Positions 11,773 through 25,100 of a stretch of DNA of 64,000 nt are shown piece by piece; position 1 is the first letter of the stretch; every line of letters starts with the position of its first letter. The position numbers and the translations under genes were made by a program. This DNA comes from Cycas panzhihuaensis (taxonomy: Eukaryota > Plantae > Cycadophyta): positions 50,475,741 to 50,539,740 of the forward strand of contig CM041465.1 of NCBI GenBank assembly GCA_023213395.1. Direction: 5' to 3'. Under the pieces are notes generated by a model. That model made no database searches and was not told where the DNA came from. It was given only the letters and a program-made list of their open reading frames with translations.

Positions 11773-14700
11773 TGTAGAAAATTAGACTCTCAACAATGAG
11801 GAAGAATGGAATCTCTCCCTTGATTATTGATAGAGGGAAACCTCCTTTATATACAACATACTTTGTAATTGTTACACGGTTATTACATTAAACATATGAA
11901 TTAAATGTAATGAGGGTGTTAAACACATTGCCCCCTTTCTTTAATGTTCCTAGGATAAAACATTATATTCTAACACCCTCTCTTAATGTTTTATCCTTTT
12001 TAGACCTAATCTTTCTTTGAGAGTTTGAAATTTCTCTCTCCCAAGTGATTTTGTTAATATATCTGCAATTTGATCTATTGTTCAGTAATATGTTAGATCA
12101 ATTTCTTTATTTTGCACCATTTTTCGGATGAAGTGATGATGCACTTCTATGTGCTTTGTTTGTGCATGCAAGATAGGGTTCTTGGTCAGCTTAATTGCAC
12201 TTTGATTATCACAAAGCAGCGTTGTTGGTTCTTGTTGTAGTTTGTTCATGTCTCTTAGCAGTTGTTTGAGCCAGAGAGCTTTGTATATTGTGCTGACAAC
12301 TGATTTGTATTATGCTTTGGTTGAAGAAATTGCAACAATGGGTTGCTTCTTGCTGCACCATGAAACGACAGTTGACCCAAGGAAGAAATAATATCCATTG
12401 GTGGATCTTTTGGTATCTTTATCTCCTGCCCAATCAGAATCGCAGTACCCAATTAGTTGTGTTGACTCCTCTTTGTTATATACCAGTTTTAGATTTGTTG
12501 TTCCCTTTAGGTATCTAAGTATTCTTTTTGCAGCTTTCCAATATTTTAGCTTTGGCTCCTGCATGTATCTGGAAACTAGACCTACTGAATGTGAGACATC
12601 AGGTCTTGTGGCAGTGAGATAAATAAGAGTCCCGATCAACTGTCTGTAAAGTGTGCAATCAACTGAAGGCTCCCCTTCTTTTGAGACTAGATTGCAGTTT
12701 ACTTCCATAGGTGTTACACATTCGTTACAGTTCTCCATTTGGAACTTAGTTAGTAAATCCTTAATGTATTTGCCTTGTGAGAGTGCAATATGCTTTTCAT
12801 TTTGTTCAATTTCTATTCTTAGATAATAGTTCAAAGAACCCAAGTTAGTGATTTCAAAATCCTTTTCTAACTGACTTTTTATGTTTGAGATAGACTTGGT
12901 GTCATCTCCAGTGAGTATCATGTCATCAACATAGACCACTATAATTGAAATTGTTCCATTATTTCTTTTTATATAGAGACTGGAATTAGAGTTGCACCTT
13001 TGGAAGCCATTTTGGGACAGATGCTGGTTTAGTTTAGCATACAACGCTTTGGGGCCTGCTTCAATCCATATAGTGCCTTTTTAAGTTTACATACTAGATG
13101 TTCATGTCCTAACTGGACATAGCCTTCGGGTTGGTGCGTGTAAACTTCTTCCTCTAGTTCTTTGTTTAAAAAGGCACTTTTAACATCTAACTGGTAAATT
13201 TTTTAATTATTTTGGGCTACTAGTGCTATCACCGTTCGAATTGTATTCATTTTTGCCAGAGGTGAACAAGTCTTGTCGAAGTCAATTCCAACAGTCTGGG
13301 TGTACCCTTTTACCACAAGTCTTGCTTTGAATTTTTCTATTTTTCCATCTGCACCCTCTTTTATTTTGTACACCAATTTGCAATTGACTACTAGCTTGTT
13401 GGGAGGTAATTCTACCGGGTCCCAAGTGTGATTCTGGGCAATGGCATCCATCTCTGTATCCATGGTTATTCTCCACTTTGCATGCTCTTTTGCTTCTTCA
13501 AATGACTGTGGTTGTAGTCTGCTTTAGAGGGCTTGATGCTGTTGACTTCTGGTCCTATGTGTGAACATATCTCTTTTCCTTCTTCTATGGTTTTGATGTA
13601 CCATTTTGGTACCTTTTTTTATGGTGCTTTAGAGGTTGATTCTTCTGATGAAGGTTCTTTAATGTGAGGAATATATTTTGATTCTTCTAGCATCGGTTCT
13701 GTGGCCGCTCCTGATTCTTTAGCAAACAGTTCTTCTTGTGGTTGAATTCTAGGGACTTTTTCAATTGTTTGTATTGGAGACTTGACCTCGGATGGAATTT
13801 TTTCATTAAAGACTACATCCCTACTTATGTAGATTTTATTTGTCTTGGGATCTATGCATTTGTACCCTTTTGAGTTTTTATTGTATTCCACCATGACACA
13901 TTCTATGCATTTTGAATCTAGCTTTGTCCTAGTGTTATCTGGAATATGTACAAAGGCGTGACTACCAAAGATTCTTAAATTACTTATATCAGGCTTCCTT
14001 CTAGTCTAGGCTTCTTCTGGTGTTATCGAATGCAGTGTTGTTGTTGGACTTCAATTGATTAGGTAGCAAGCTGTATTTCTTGCCTTTGTCCAGTAGGTTC
14101 TTGGGACTTGTTTTTCATGGATCATACTTTGAGCCATTTCCATTATGGTTCTATTCTTTCGTTCATCTACACCATTTGATTGAGGTGTATGAGGAGTTAT
14201 GAATTGTCTCTGAATGCCCCTGGCTTTGCAGAAGTCGAGGAATTTTGTCGAGATATATTCCCCTCCATTGTTTGACTTGATACATTTAATTTTACATCCT
14301 GATTCTAATTCTACTTCAGCTTTCAATTCTTAAATGTATCAAACACATCTAACTTATTATGAATGAAATACACCCATACTTTTCTGGTGGAATCATCAAT
14401 GAAGGTTAAGAAATATCTAAAACCATATAGAGACAAAGGTGTCAGAGGACCATACAAGTCTGTGTATTAACTCTAGTTTCTCTTAGGCATGGCATTTATT
14501 AGTTCTGAAGGGAAAACGATGTTTTTTGCATTGACAGCCTTTGCAAACAAAGTTCTTTGATGAGATAGAAGGAAAACCATTTACTACATTATTTTTCATC
14601 GTCATTTCTAATTTATCTAAGGGAAGGTGCCCATACTTCAAATTCCATATTTTATTATTATCGAGATCTACAATAGAGAATGCTTTTACATCTATGTTTG

Positions 14701-16981
14701 GATCAATAGGAATGGACAACAATTTGTACAGATCATTATACTTCATTCCCTTGGCAATGATAGCACCTTCATTTTTCATATCTAGCACATAGCACATTCC
14801 CTTTTCATCAAAAATGGTTTTCAAGCCCTTGTTGCTTAATTGAGATATTGACAGGAGATTCATCTTGAGTTCAGGTACAAAGAGTACATTACCGACTTTC
14901 TTCATAGAACCTTGTAGATTTATGGCATTAGTTTCTACCCTTTCATTGCTCAAAGGTTTCTTATCTCCAAGCTCGACAGCCTTTGATGAATAGGTTTTGA
15001 TTGAATTGAACCATTCTTTTCTGTTCGTCATGTGCCTTGACGCCTCTAAGTCAATGAACCATACATCAAAGTCATGAAGATTAGCTGATAGAGCAGCAAC
15101 GAAAGATGTTTCTTCTTCTTCTTCCTCTATCTATTCCTTGCTGCAGTTGCTAACTGGTCTTTTCCCTCTCTAAATCTCATCTCTTCACTGACGACATTGA
15201 TATGGATAGTGTCCCGATTATCTGCAATGATAGCAGACATCAAACATCTAGCATTGGCTTGAAAAGTGACTATGTTTGCTACAGTTGAAGCAGACTTGAG
15301 CATCTCTTGGAGTGTACATGCGACCGCAACCTTGGTTTTTTGACCATCTTCCTCGTGAAGGAGTTCTGAACTCAGACATGCGTCCTCTACCTCTGAAGTG
15401 CCCTCTTCCTCTTGAGCCTGCTATGTTTAGTTTTGTTACAAAGGCATCTTCTATTTCATCTTTGTATCTTCTGTTCCTTTGTTCCTGTCTCATCAACATG
15501 CCAGTCAGTTCATCAAGTGATATTTCTTCAATTATGTCGGTATTGGTAATGGTATTAATGGTCACATCAAAGGCCTTGGGAAGTTTTTCCGTTACCATTT
15601 CAACAATTTCTTTTTCTGAAATTACTTCTCCAGTATTCATAAGTTCATTCCGAATAGTGGTAACCTTGTGAAAGAAGTCGACTACATTATCTGTTTCTTT
15701 TATAACCAGTTTAAACAGTTCTTCTTTTAGAGTAATTACCCTTGCTCTATTCTTTTGGGTATAAAGATTTTCTAGGGTTTTTCAGATTTGAGAGCAAGTA
15801 TTCAATTTGTCTATATATATCAATAAATAATCAGAAACAAATAGCTTTAACATTATTACTCTTACATTATTTCTTTCTTTCCAATTTTTTTGAGTGTCAC
15901 CTTCAGCATTAGGCATTTTTTCTTCTTATATGGTTAGTTTCCATGCGTTTTTTTGCACGCAAGAGGGCTTCCATTTTAATCCTCCATATATTGTAGTTAT
16001 TCCCAGTCAATTTATCAGTGTCACTTAGGCCCATAATCAAAGATGCCATGATTAACCTAGTTGAGGGCAGATTCAAAAGGATTAATAGAGTCAAAAGAAT
16101 GAATATTAGAGAGATTGATACTTGCAAATAGTGCTAGACCGTACGACTGTATGGATTTTCATACAAAAATCAAAGTGTACAGATTGAGGAAAAGAGTACC
16201 TCAAATCGAAGAGATTTTTTAGCCGAGTTCAAATCTGCAATCAGATTTTGAAGATAGTTTCTCGTTTGGGAGAAAACAGGCCCGAAATACCAAAACTTGT
16301 GGCTAGTTTTTTTTGGAAAAATGCTTAAGAAACTTTAGATCTGGAGAAATACTCTTCGAAATTGGTCTTGATGTCTTAGCAATGCACAAACACAGAGTTT
16401 GAGATCGATTTTACTTGGCAACTCGAAGAAATTTGAAAGAAATTTGCTGGAAAAATCCCAAATCCGTGCAAATTGTTCAAAGGGACAAAACTACCTCAAG
16501 ATGGCTTCGGATGAATTCAACCTAGTTGAAGAAAGTGACACCCTTGATGTGATCTTCAATCTGGTGAAGTTTCATCGAATTCTAACAAACTAAAAAAATT
16601 TGTTCGTACATGTCCGTATAGTGGAATTTTTGCAGTCTTTTAGTCTTTTGAGCTTTTTCAATCTTTTTTTCAAAGTTTTGAACTAGTCTTTGTTTTTGAA
16701 TAATGTTATCCTCCTTTAAGCACAACAACAATTTGACTATTCCTCTTCAGGCAGGCAAATTTCCTTGCTCTAATACCATGTAGAAAATTAGACCCTCAAC
16801 AATGAGGAAGAATGGAATCTCTCTCTTGGTTATTGATGGAGGGAAACCTCCTTTATATACAACAGACTTTGTAACAGTTGCACGGTTGTTACATTAAACA
16901 TATGAATTAAATGTAATGAGGATTTTAAACACATTGCCCCCTTTCTTTAATGTTCCTAGGATAAAACATTATATTCTAACA
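11773..16981 (-). mobile_element. Complete Ty1/Copia element with short LTRs (Ale/Ivana-like size), inserted in the RT of copy B
   Basis: 203-bp LTRs 11773-11975 and 16779-16981 (~11 differences by eye), PBS 16767-16778, PPT 11976-11982, TSD GCGAA/ATGAA (the uninterrupted site in copy A reads CAATGCGAAGGGG). Confidence 0.95.
11983..16049 (-). pseudogene. Copia gag-pol, decayed
   Basis: Gag LTGNNYNIWRIKMEALL, CFNCSKHSHFSSQC knuckle, integrase SNNGGEY/QSNGVDERKNR, RT YVDDMIL, RNase H GYCDSDWAG. Confidence 0.92.
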
Positions 16982-18930
16982 ATGAAGGGGCTAGAGTTGG
17001 GGGTAATGTATCCTTTGTTTGATCTCTTTCTTGAAGTGATATGGGTGCCGGTATGGTTAGATGTTTATCGGTGTTGCTTTCAGTGTTAACTTGATGTGGT
17101 TCTTGCATCCTCAACTTTGGAGTAACCCTTGGGGTGGTTCTTCAAAGATTTTGTTGTGTTGATCAATGAGGGTTTGGACTTCTATTAGAATATCCTCCAA
17201 CGAGATCTTGTAGCACGCCATTAGGTATGAGGTGGGGTTTTCCCTCAATTTCTCCATATGGTGTAATGTCACTAGTTGAGTTGGTGGTGTGGGTGGAGCC
17301 TACAATTTATATAGGTGCCCTTTTTGGAAAAAACTCATGAAATGGGTGTCATAGTTGATAACAATGTTTCCTAGATTTTGTAACCACTGAATTCCAAGGA
17401 CCATGTCAATTTTTCGTATTGGCATGGAGAACATGCATGTAGTGGTAGAATAATCGACTATTTGTAGGTACACTTTTTGACAACATCCTTCACATGGCAT
17501 ATTCTTCCCATTAGCGATAGTGACTTGGATACATTGAGTGGTTGATTAGGTAGACCTAGTTTTTATGCCGTTGGTTAATTGATGAAATTATGAGTGCCAT
17601 TGATGTCCAATAGGATTGATATTTTTATGTTTTTGTTCATTCCCTAAAATCGCAGCGTTTGAGGGGTGTTGATCTTGCTTGTAATTGTTTGCAATGATAC
17701 TTGTACATTTTTAGTGTTTGTCTTAAGTAATTCTTTGATTTTCGCTTTCCTAGTTTTGGGTTGTGGCTCTTTTTCGAGTTTGTTTAGGATATTTGTATAT
17801 TCATTGCTGATCATGAATACCTTCTTTGTTGGGCACTTGTGGTCCCAATTCCATTTCCCTTTGCAATCAAAGCAAGTTCCTCTCTTTAGATGTTTGACCT
17901 TAGATATCTTACTTCCTATTGTCCCTTCATCCCCCACTTTTGTAAGTTGGGGTTTGGATTTTGTACTTGAGCAATTCTAGTTGAGTTGTGAACTTTGACC
18001 TTGATATTGAGGGAGTTTATTGCAGTGGACATAACTCTTTCTTACGTCTTAATATTGAGCCTCTGTGTTCTTCGCTTGGTGGATTGTGTCACTTAATGTT
18101 ATTACTCTTAATTTCTTAAGGCAGAATTTGATATTTCCTCTAAGTCTTGCAATATATGCTTCTATGAGTAGTTTGGCTTTGATATTCTTGTTGACTAGGC
18201 TATGTAGAGTCTAGAATTGTTTGGTATAGGCTTGCACTAATCCAATCTATTGTAAATGCATAAGTTGGGAAAAATAGTATGTGTTCCATATGTCTTCGTA
18301 TTGCTCAATGAGGACTATTGTCAAGGAAGCCCAATTGTCATGTTTTATTCCTTTGTAGACTCTATTCCATTAGTGGAACCACATAAGGGCCTTTCCATAT
18401 AAATGAAGAGATGCCAATAGGATTTTGTATTTTGGCGATAGAGTGTTCGTCTGAAAATAGATCTTCTTTTGGATTATCTAATTGTGGATGTCCTTTGATT
18501 TTTTTAGGTCAAATTTCTCTAGATGAAACTTAGTACCCTTGAGCCCTTGGCTTGGCCTATCTTGCCCTTCTTCTTGATCTCTTTTTTGACAATTTTCACT
18601 CCCTTTTTGGTTTGTTCCTGCCTCATCCTTGAGCTCCTCATTTCTCTTAATAAGTCCTTTTAATGCTCCATTGAACGTCTGTCTAAGGCTTGCTACATTG
18701 TTTTTTATATGTGCTATGTCATCATTCATGGTATCTACTTTGTGAGATGCATCCTCTACTATTATTAATGGTTGGTTCACCATTTTGCTTGGCACAAGTC
18801 TTTTTTTGGATCTTAGCTCCGTTATAAGGAAAAAAAAATTGGCCCCTTTTTCCTACATGGATACCATGGATCTTCTCTACTAGTCATTACTCTGTCATGA
18901 ATTGCTCTTGAGGAAGGCCTCGACAATGAG

Positions 18931-18942
18931 GCTTTGATACCA
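18931..18942 (-). promoter_or_regulatory. Primer-binding site (tRNA-iMet complementary)
   Basis: TGGTATCAAAGC on the minus strand, 2 nt from the LTR. Similar PBSs at 16767, 23599, 31971, 33661, 47257, 55487, 57730, 59666. Confidence 0.85.
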
Positions 18943-19425
18943 CTTGTAGGAATTTTAGGCAGAATTCACACCTCAAATCAATGAAATTCACACCCAAGAC
19001 AAATAACAAAACTAATATGGAAGTAAAAGGTATGACGTTCACAATTTAATACTCAAATAATATTGAGTATGAAGATGAAATAATATCAATAATGTATGAA
19101 CAAAGTTACCAACTTATAATAGATAAAAAAACCCAGTCGCATGCTTCCTCTTTGAGGTGAGGTGTCCTCTCAAATGTTGCCCTTAAGGCCGAAAATATGG
19201 TAGATTTGTAGCTCAAAAGTGATCCCTGATCCTAGGCCGAATAACTTTGTAAATAGGTGGCTAGAATTCTAAATGGGTAAGTCGACCAAAACTATTTTAA
19301 TGAGGTCAGCTAAAGTGTAGGAAGTTGCATAATAAGGCCAGTCAAAATAAATGATAAAAAATATAAAATGAAGTTGGCCAGACTTAACTGTACTGGGGTT
19401 GGTTTCCTGGACTGTAAATGTTGCA

Positions 19426-22165
19426 GATGTCCACAAATAAATCAATGCTCGAAAATTCGATGATGCCTATCTTCTATTTAATGCTCTTTTTAAATACCCA
19501 TGAGGTGAATGAGTGGCCCCAAGTTGGCCAAGTTGGTCATCCTTATTTGGGGTATGTAATAAGCTCTCCCAGTAATAGATGCTTTGCCATCAAAGCATTG
19601 AGACTTGTAGGTTTTGTTGGTGCCATTTTTTATCTTCCCATATTGTGCCCTTGACATCCATATTCTTCCATTTCACTAAGTATTCCCTGATTTGTTCGTT
19701 TTGAAATTACTTTATCTCAATGTTGATGATACCCTTAGGTTGCATAATGTAGGACTCTTCTTTGTCAAACTTTGGTAGAGACATTTGAGGAATGATCTTG
19801 TCACTAATCTCCTTCTTCAAATAGGAAATGTGAAAGGCATTCTGTATCCTTTCATTTAATAGGTCAAGTTAGTAAGTCACTTCCCCTATCTTCCTTTACC
19901 GTTGGAATTGCCCATCAAACTTGGGTTGTAGCTTTTGTTTCTTAGATCTCCTCATGGTGGCCTATTTATAGGGTTACAATCTTAAAAATATCTAGTCACT
20001 TACTACAAATTATCTTTTTGAAGGGTGTAGGTCCTGTTATTGCTTCATCCTATTTCTTGTTGTATTTATGTTATCCTTTAGACTTCAAAGGACATCTTCC
20101 ATTTTCTCCATCTATTTTTTTATTGCCAAGATTTTGGATTGGGTAAACATATGGATTAGAGATGAGTCGTAACCATAGAGTGCCTTGAAGGGTGTCATCT
20201 GTGTTACAGTGTGATATATGGTGTTATACTGCCATTTTTCCAAATGTAACCATTTGTGCTAATGTGTTTATTTGTCTGAAGTGAGGCACCTAAACTAGCG
20301 CTCCAAACATTTTTTCATGACTTTTGTTTGACCATTTGTCTAATGATGGGACACTGTACTCATGGTTAGTTTGGTCTTAACTAGGCTAAATGTTTCGTTC
20401 CAAAAATTGCTTGTGAATTTAGGATTTTGATCACTCCCAATGGCCTTGGGGAATGCATGTAGCTGATGAATTTCTTTATCTATAATCGGTTGGTATTGAA
20501 TGCCAATTGTATCCTTTTAAGGTGCACATACTTTGTAAGTCTATTTATGGCCAATATTGCATTCTTGCCTTCTGAGTTTGGCAAGCTTGTGATGAAGTCC
20601 ATGAATATCTCTTCCCATCTTTTTTCTAGAATGTGTAATAGTTGGAAGAGACTTGGGAACTGAATTGTCTTGAGCTTGTTCCTCTAGCAAGTATCACATT
20701 CTGTCATAGATTGATGAACAATCTTCTTCAGCCCCTTTCAGAAAAAAAATTGTTTGGCATTTCGATTTGTTTTGCCTACCCTACATGACCAACGATGGGA
20801 GTGGAGTGGCATTCTTAGATAATTATGTTTTTAAATGTTGAGTTTGGTCTTAAGTAGATTTGATTTTTGTACCGGGGGGCTTTGTTCTTCCATTTGAAGC
20901 TCTCATCTTGTGTTGGCATGTTGCCTTGTAATTGTCATATAATCTCTTGCATCTAGGGGTTCCCTGTACATTCTTATTGTACTTTGGTGATCCAAGTGAG
21001 AGCTACTACTAACATGGTACATACAAATGTGGCCCCACCTTTCCTTTATAAGCCATCTGCAACTACATTCTCTTTGTTCCTTTTCTAAATTACTTTAAAA
21101 TCAAAGGCCTACTGTTTACCTACCCATCTATGTTGTTCCTCTGACAACGTTGGTTGTTTTAGAAAATATTTAAGACTCATGATTTATTTTACTTGGAATT
21201 TATTGCCAATTAAATATTGTTGCTATTTTGAAATCATGTGGATAATGGCTAACTTTTCTTTTTTATATGTGGCAGGATTTCTCTTTTCCTTTGACTTTCC
21301 AATTCTTATAAGCAACGAGTCAATCATTTTGCATTAATACAACCCTTAATCCTTCTCTCGATACATTGCATTCCAATACAAAAGGCTATTCGAAGCTTGG
21401 CATTGTGCGAATTAATGGAGTGGTTATTATTTTCTTGAATGATTTATTTGCCCTTTCCCATTTCAATGCATCTTTCTTGGTCAAGTCTAATAGAGGAGTG
21501 GTTGTACAATCATATCCCTTCATAAATCTCTTGTAGAATCTAGTTGCTCCCAAAACGTCCTTAAACTTTGGATATAGTAGCCAAAGTAGGCTAGTTTAAC
21601 ATTTCTTGGATTTTCTTTAGGTCCACCTTGACCCTTTCCTTTGAGATGATGTGGCCTAAGCATTCTACCTCTTGTCTCCCAAAAGTGCACTTAACTTCAT
21701 TTGTAAAGATAGCATTGTCTTAAAGAGTTTGCAGTACTTGCTTGACGTGCTATAAGCATTCTTTCCAATTTTTATTATAAATCAAGATATCATTAAATAA
21801 AATTAATACAAATTTTTGAAGATATAAGTTGAGTACCTTGCTCATGGTAGTTCAAAAAGTAGTTGGCACATTTGTCAACTCAAAAGGCCAAACCTTGAAC
21901 TCATAATGTTCATTGTGAATGTGAAAGGCCATTTTTACCATGTCTTGTACCTTTACTCAGATTTGATAGTACCTTGATTTGAAGTAGATCTCAGTGAAGA
22001 ACTGAGCTCCATGTAACTTGTCTAAGAAATTGTTGATATGTGGAATCGAAAAGCGATTTTTAATGGTTGCTTTATTCAATGGTCTATAGTCGACACATAT
22101 TCTATATGACTTATCCTTTTTGGATACGAAGATGACTGGTGTTGCAAAAGGGCTTTTCTAGGTAC
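19426..22165 (-). mobile_element. Reina-like Gypsy copy C, 5'-truncated (RT-RH-IN-chromodomain plus partial 3' LTR)
   Basis: Minus-strand SPFATPVIFV, RT, MDFITSLP integrase, EYLVKWK chromodomain (~19660-19690), PPT-like AGCTCTCCC at ~19562. Confidence 0.8.
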
Positions 22166-22180
22166 AGTTGCTTCTTAACA

Positions 22181-25100
22181 AAAATTGATTTAAGTTTGGG
22201 ATATTATCAAGTTTGGGTAACAGCACAAGACATGGTTAAACAACTTTCTGCACTCATGAAGGACACTATGAGTTCAAAGTTATGCTTTTTGGATTAACAA
22301 ATCCATTAACTTCTTTTTCAAGCTATTATGGACAAGGTGCTCCATTTATATCTACAAAATTTTGTGTTAGTTCTCCTTGATAATATCTTGATCCATAACA
22401 AGAGTTGGGAATAACACCCACAACATATCAAGCAAGTATGTAGACCTTCCAAGATAATGTTGTTTTTACCAATAAAGACAAATGCACTTTTGACAGACAG
22501 GAGGTGGAATATCTAGGCCACATCATTTCAAGGGAAGGGTCAAAATGAATCCAAGAAAAATTCAAATAATACTACATCAGGCATTCATTAAAGGATTTCT
22601 AGGGGCGACAGGGCTTCTATAGGAGGTTTATCAAGGGATATGGTTGTGCAATTACTCCCCTCTCGGAAGTAGATGGTCAAATAGGAATGGTGAATAAATG
22701 TTTGGAAGGATACCTTCGGTGCTTTATATCAAATAAATAGTCACACTAACACAAGTGGTTACATTTGGCAAGATTGTGTTATAACACCATATATCACATA
22801 ACAACTCAGATGACACTATTCAAAGTGCTTTATGGTTACAACCCACCATCTTTAATGCATATAATTACTTAGTCCAAGGTCTCGACAGTAAAAGTGTAGA
22901 TGGAAAAAATGGAAGACATCCTTCAATGTCTCAAGTATAATCTAAATATTGCAATGAATAGAATGAAGTAACAATAGGATCTACATTGTTTAGAAAGATA
23001 GTTGGCAGTGCGTGATCGCATTGTTTTTAAGACTATAGCCCTATAAACAAGCCACTATAAGGAAATTTGAGAAATAGAAGCTCTAACTTAAGTTCTATGG
23101 ACCATTTCAAGTATAAAGGAAGATTATGTTGGAATGTGGTGTTATTCACATGGTTAATGTTTATTGTTCTCCTACATTATAATATTGGTCTAGGTGCCAA
23201 TGTACAATTGTTAATGGTAACCTCCTAGTGGAAGGTGTAAAGGCTTTGTAATATGATAGGCTTATCATGAGGTGGATTGTTTTATAAATATATACTTGAG
23301 AGTGGGAGGAGTAACTTTATTATGCGATTAATGGAGTGGAGTTAGCCTCCAACCTTCTGCCATGGCTTTTTTTTAGTTTGGGTTTTCCATGTTTGTATCT
23401 GGTGTCTCGTGATGATGTTTATGCATGTTCTTATATTTATCTTGATTTGCATAATGTTTGTGTATATATTCTTATGATGATATATTTTAATCTTTAACAT
23501 GGCATAGCAATGTTGTTGTGAATTGTGGACCTGTGATTGGCTAGTGTATTTAATAGGTGGTATGAGAACATGTTATCTTTGTACCATGATTTAACATATG
23601 GTATTAGAGTCAATGGTTGAAGTTTCAGATGTGGAGAACCTATTTGAGACAGATTGTTAGCTGTGTTGATTTAGAGCTTGCATATGCAAGTTTGTCACAT
23701 GAAGTTCTGTTGCAGATTACATGTGCATGTTGGTGCTATTGATGTTGTGTAGAAGATGAGAGAGTCAATATTGAGCCAGTGTTTGGATGACAGAGTCAGT
23801 ATGAGTTTGTACAAGGACCTTGCTGAAGAGGGTTTGATGAACTAAGGTTTTGCCAGAGGTTATGCCTGTGAGATATGACTAGATTGCGGCATGTTGAAGC
23901 CACATACAAGCTATTGAAAGCCACAAGAAGATGAGTACTGTAAGAATTGCATGGTATGATATTTATTTGTTATTTGTGGACATTTGTCAGCATGTTGTGT
24001 GCATAGTTTTCCTAATTATGTAGGAGGGATCTATTGCACGTGAAATACGATTTGCTAGTTATTGAAGGGTGGAGCAATTGGAGAAGACGGAAATGTCATT
24101 CCTATTTAACTGTTGTTGTCGACATGAAGAGGTTCTAGGGGAGTCCATTGAATATGATGAACATGAACTGGTTGAGATTAGGTTTGCAAGAAAAACACCC
24201 TACAAATGTGGTCGAGGCTTTGTGAGACTAATCACCTTAGTAGACCTTAGGTTTAGCAGCATGTCAATTGATAATTGGTAATATCTCTCTTACCCAGATG
24301 GAATTTTTTGTTCACTGGTTTGTGAATTTTATTCTAGTAGTGTTTGCTGTTGAGAGATGGCTGCTTAGAGTGGTACGTAATTCATCATATTGTGATAGTT
24401 GTAGCAGGATGATATAGTGAGCTAGTACTAAGTGATGTGAAGTAGGCAAAAAGTGGCTTGGTGACACCCTTCATATGTTTGACTGTAAGATGAGGTTATG
24501 TTGGCACAAATAGTTGCTGTTGTGATATTTTTTGATGTAGATAAGAGGACAGGTGTATGGCTGGATGCATGTGAGAGACATGCATGATATCATGTATTAC
24601 ATGATGAAAGTATGGTAGTTGTGATTTTATGGCATGATGATTAAATGTGGGGAATATTGATGACATAATGTGATCTATGTTGTGAATACAGAGCCATGTT
24701 TTATTAGTCTATTGATGTATTTTTTGGTAGGCATATTTATTTTGATTGATGATTAATGTAAGCTTGCATGGCGGCGCAATGTTGACATGTTGATTTGGGG
24801 TTGTAACGAGATGTGAATTATGTCTTTTCATGATGTTTTCTGAGCTTGCTTGTGAAGCTATTTGGATAAACGAGAGAGAATGGTGAAATCCATTTGAGAA
24901 AATGGACATCATCACGTGTATACATCAAATTTCTATTTTGTTCCATTTCAGGCCTGTTTCATCGTATTTCTAATCTGTTTTGACCTTATTTTGAACTAAA
25001 TCCTCATTGTTCGGTCGTTTTGCATGTGATACCACCGTGCAAATGAGACGTTGTTATGGTTAGCTCACCAGTGTGTTGAACAACAAGTTGTCATCGTGAA

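Larger units (their letters stand above)
8903..19425 (-). mobile_element. Ty3/Gypsy chromovirus (Reina-like) copy B, near full length, interrupted by Copia 11773-16981
   Basis: 5' LTR 18945-19425 (TG..CA), PBS 18931-18942, truncated 3' LTR 8903-9152, PPT 9153-9165. Gag Zn knuckle (CFDCKGKWNWDHKC), DMVLGIQWL protease tail, RT FFDDILLY, integrase MDFIGLP, C-terminal chromodomain. About 5.3 kb without the insert. Confidence 0.9.
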
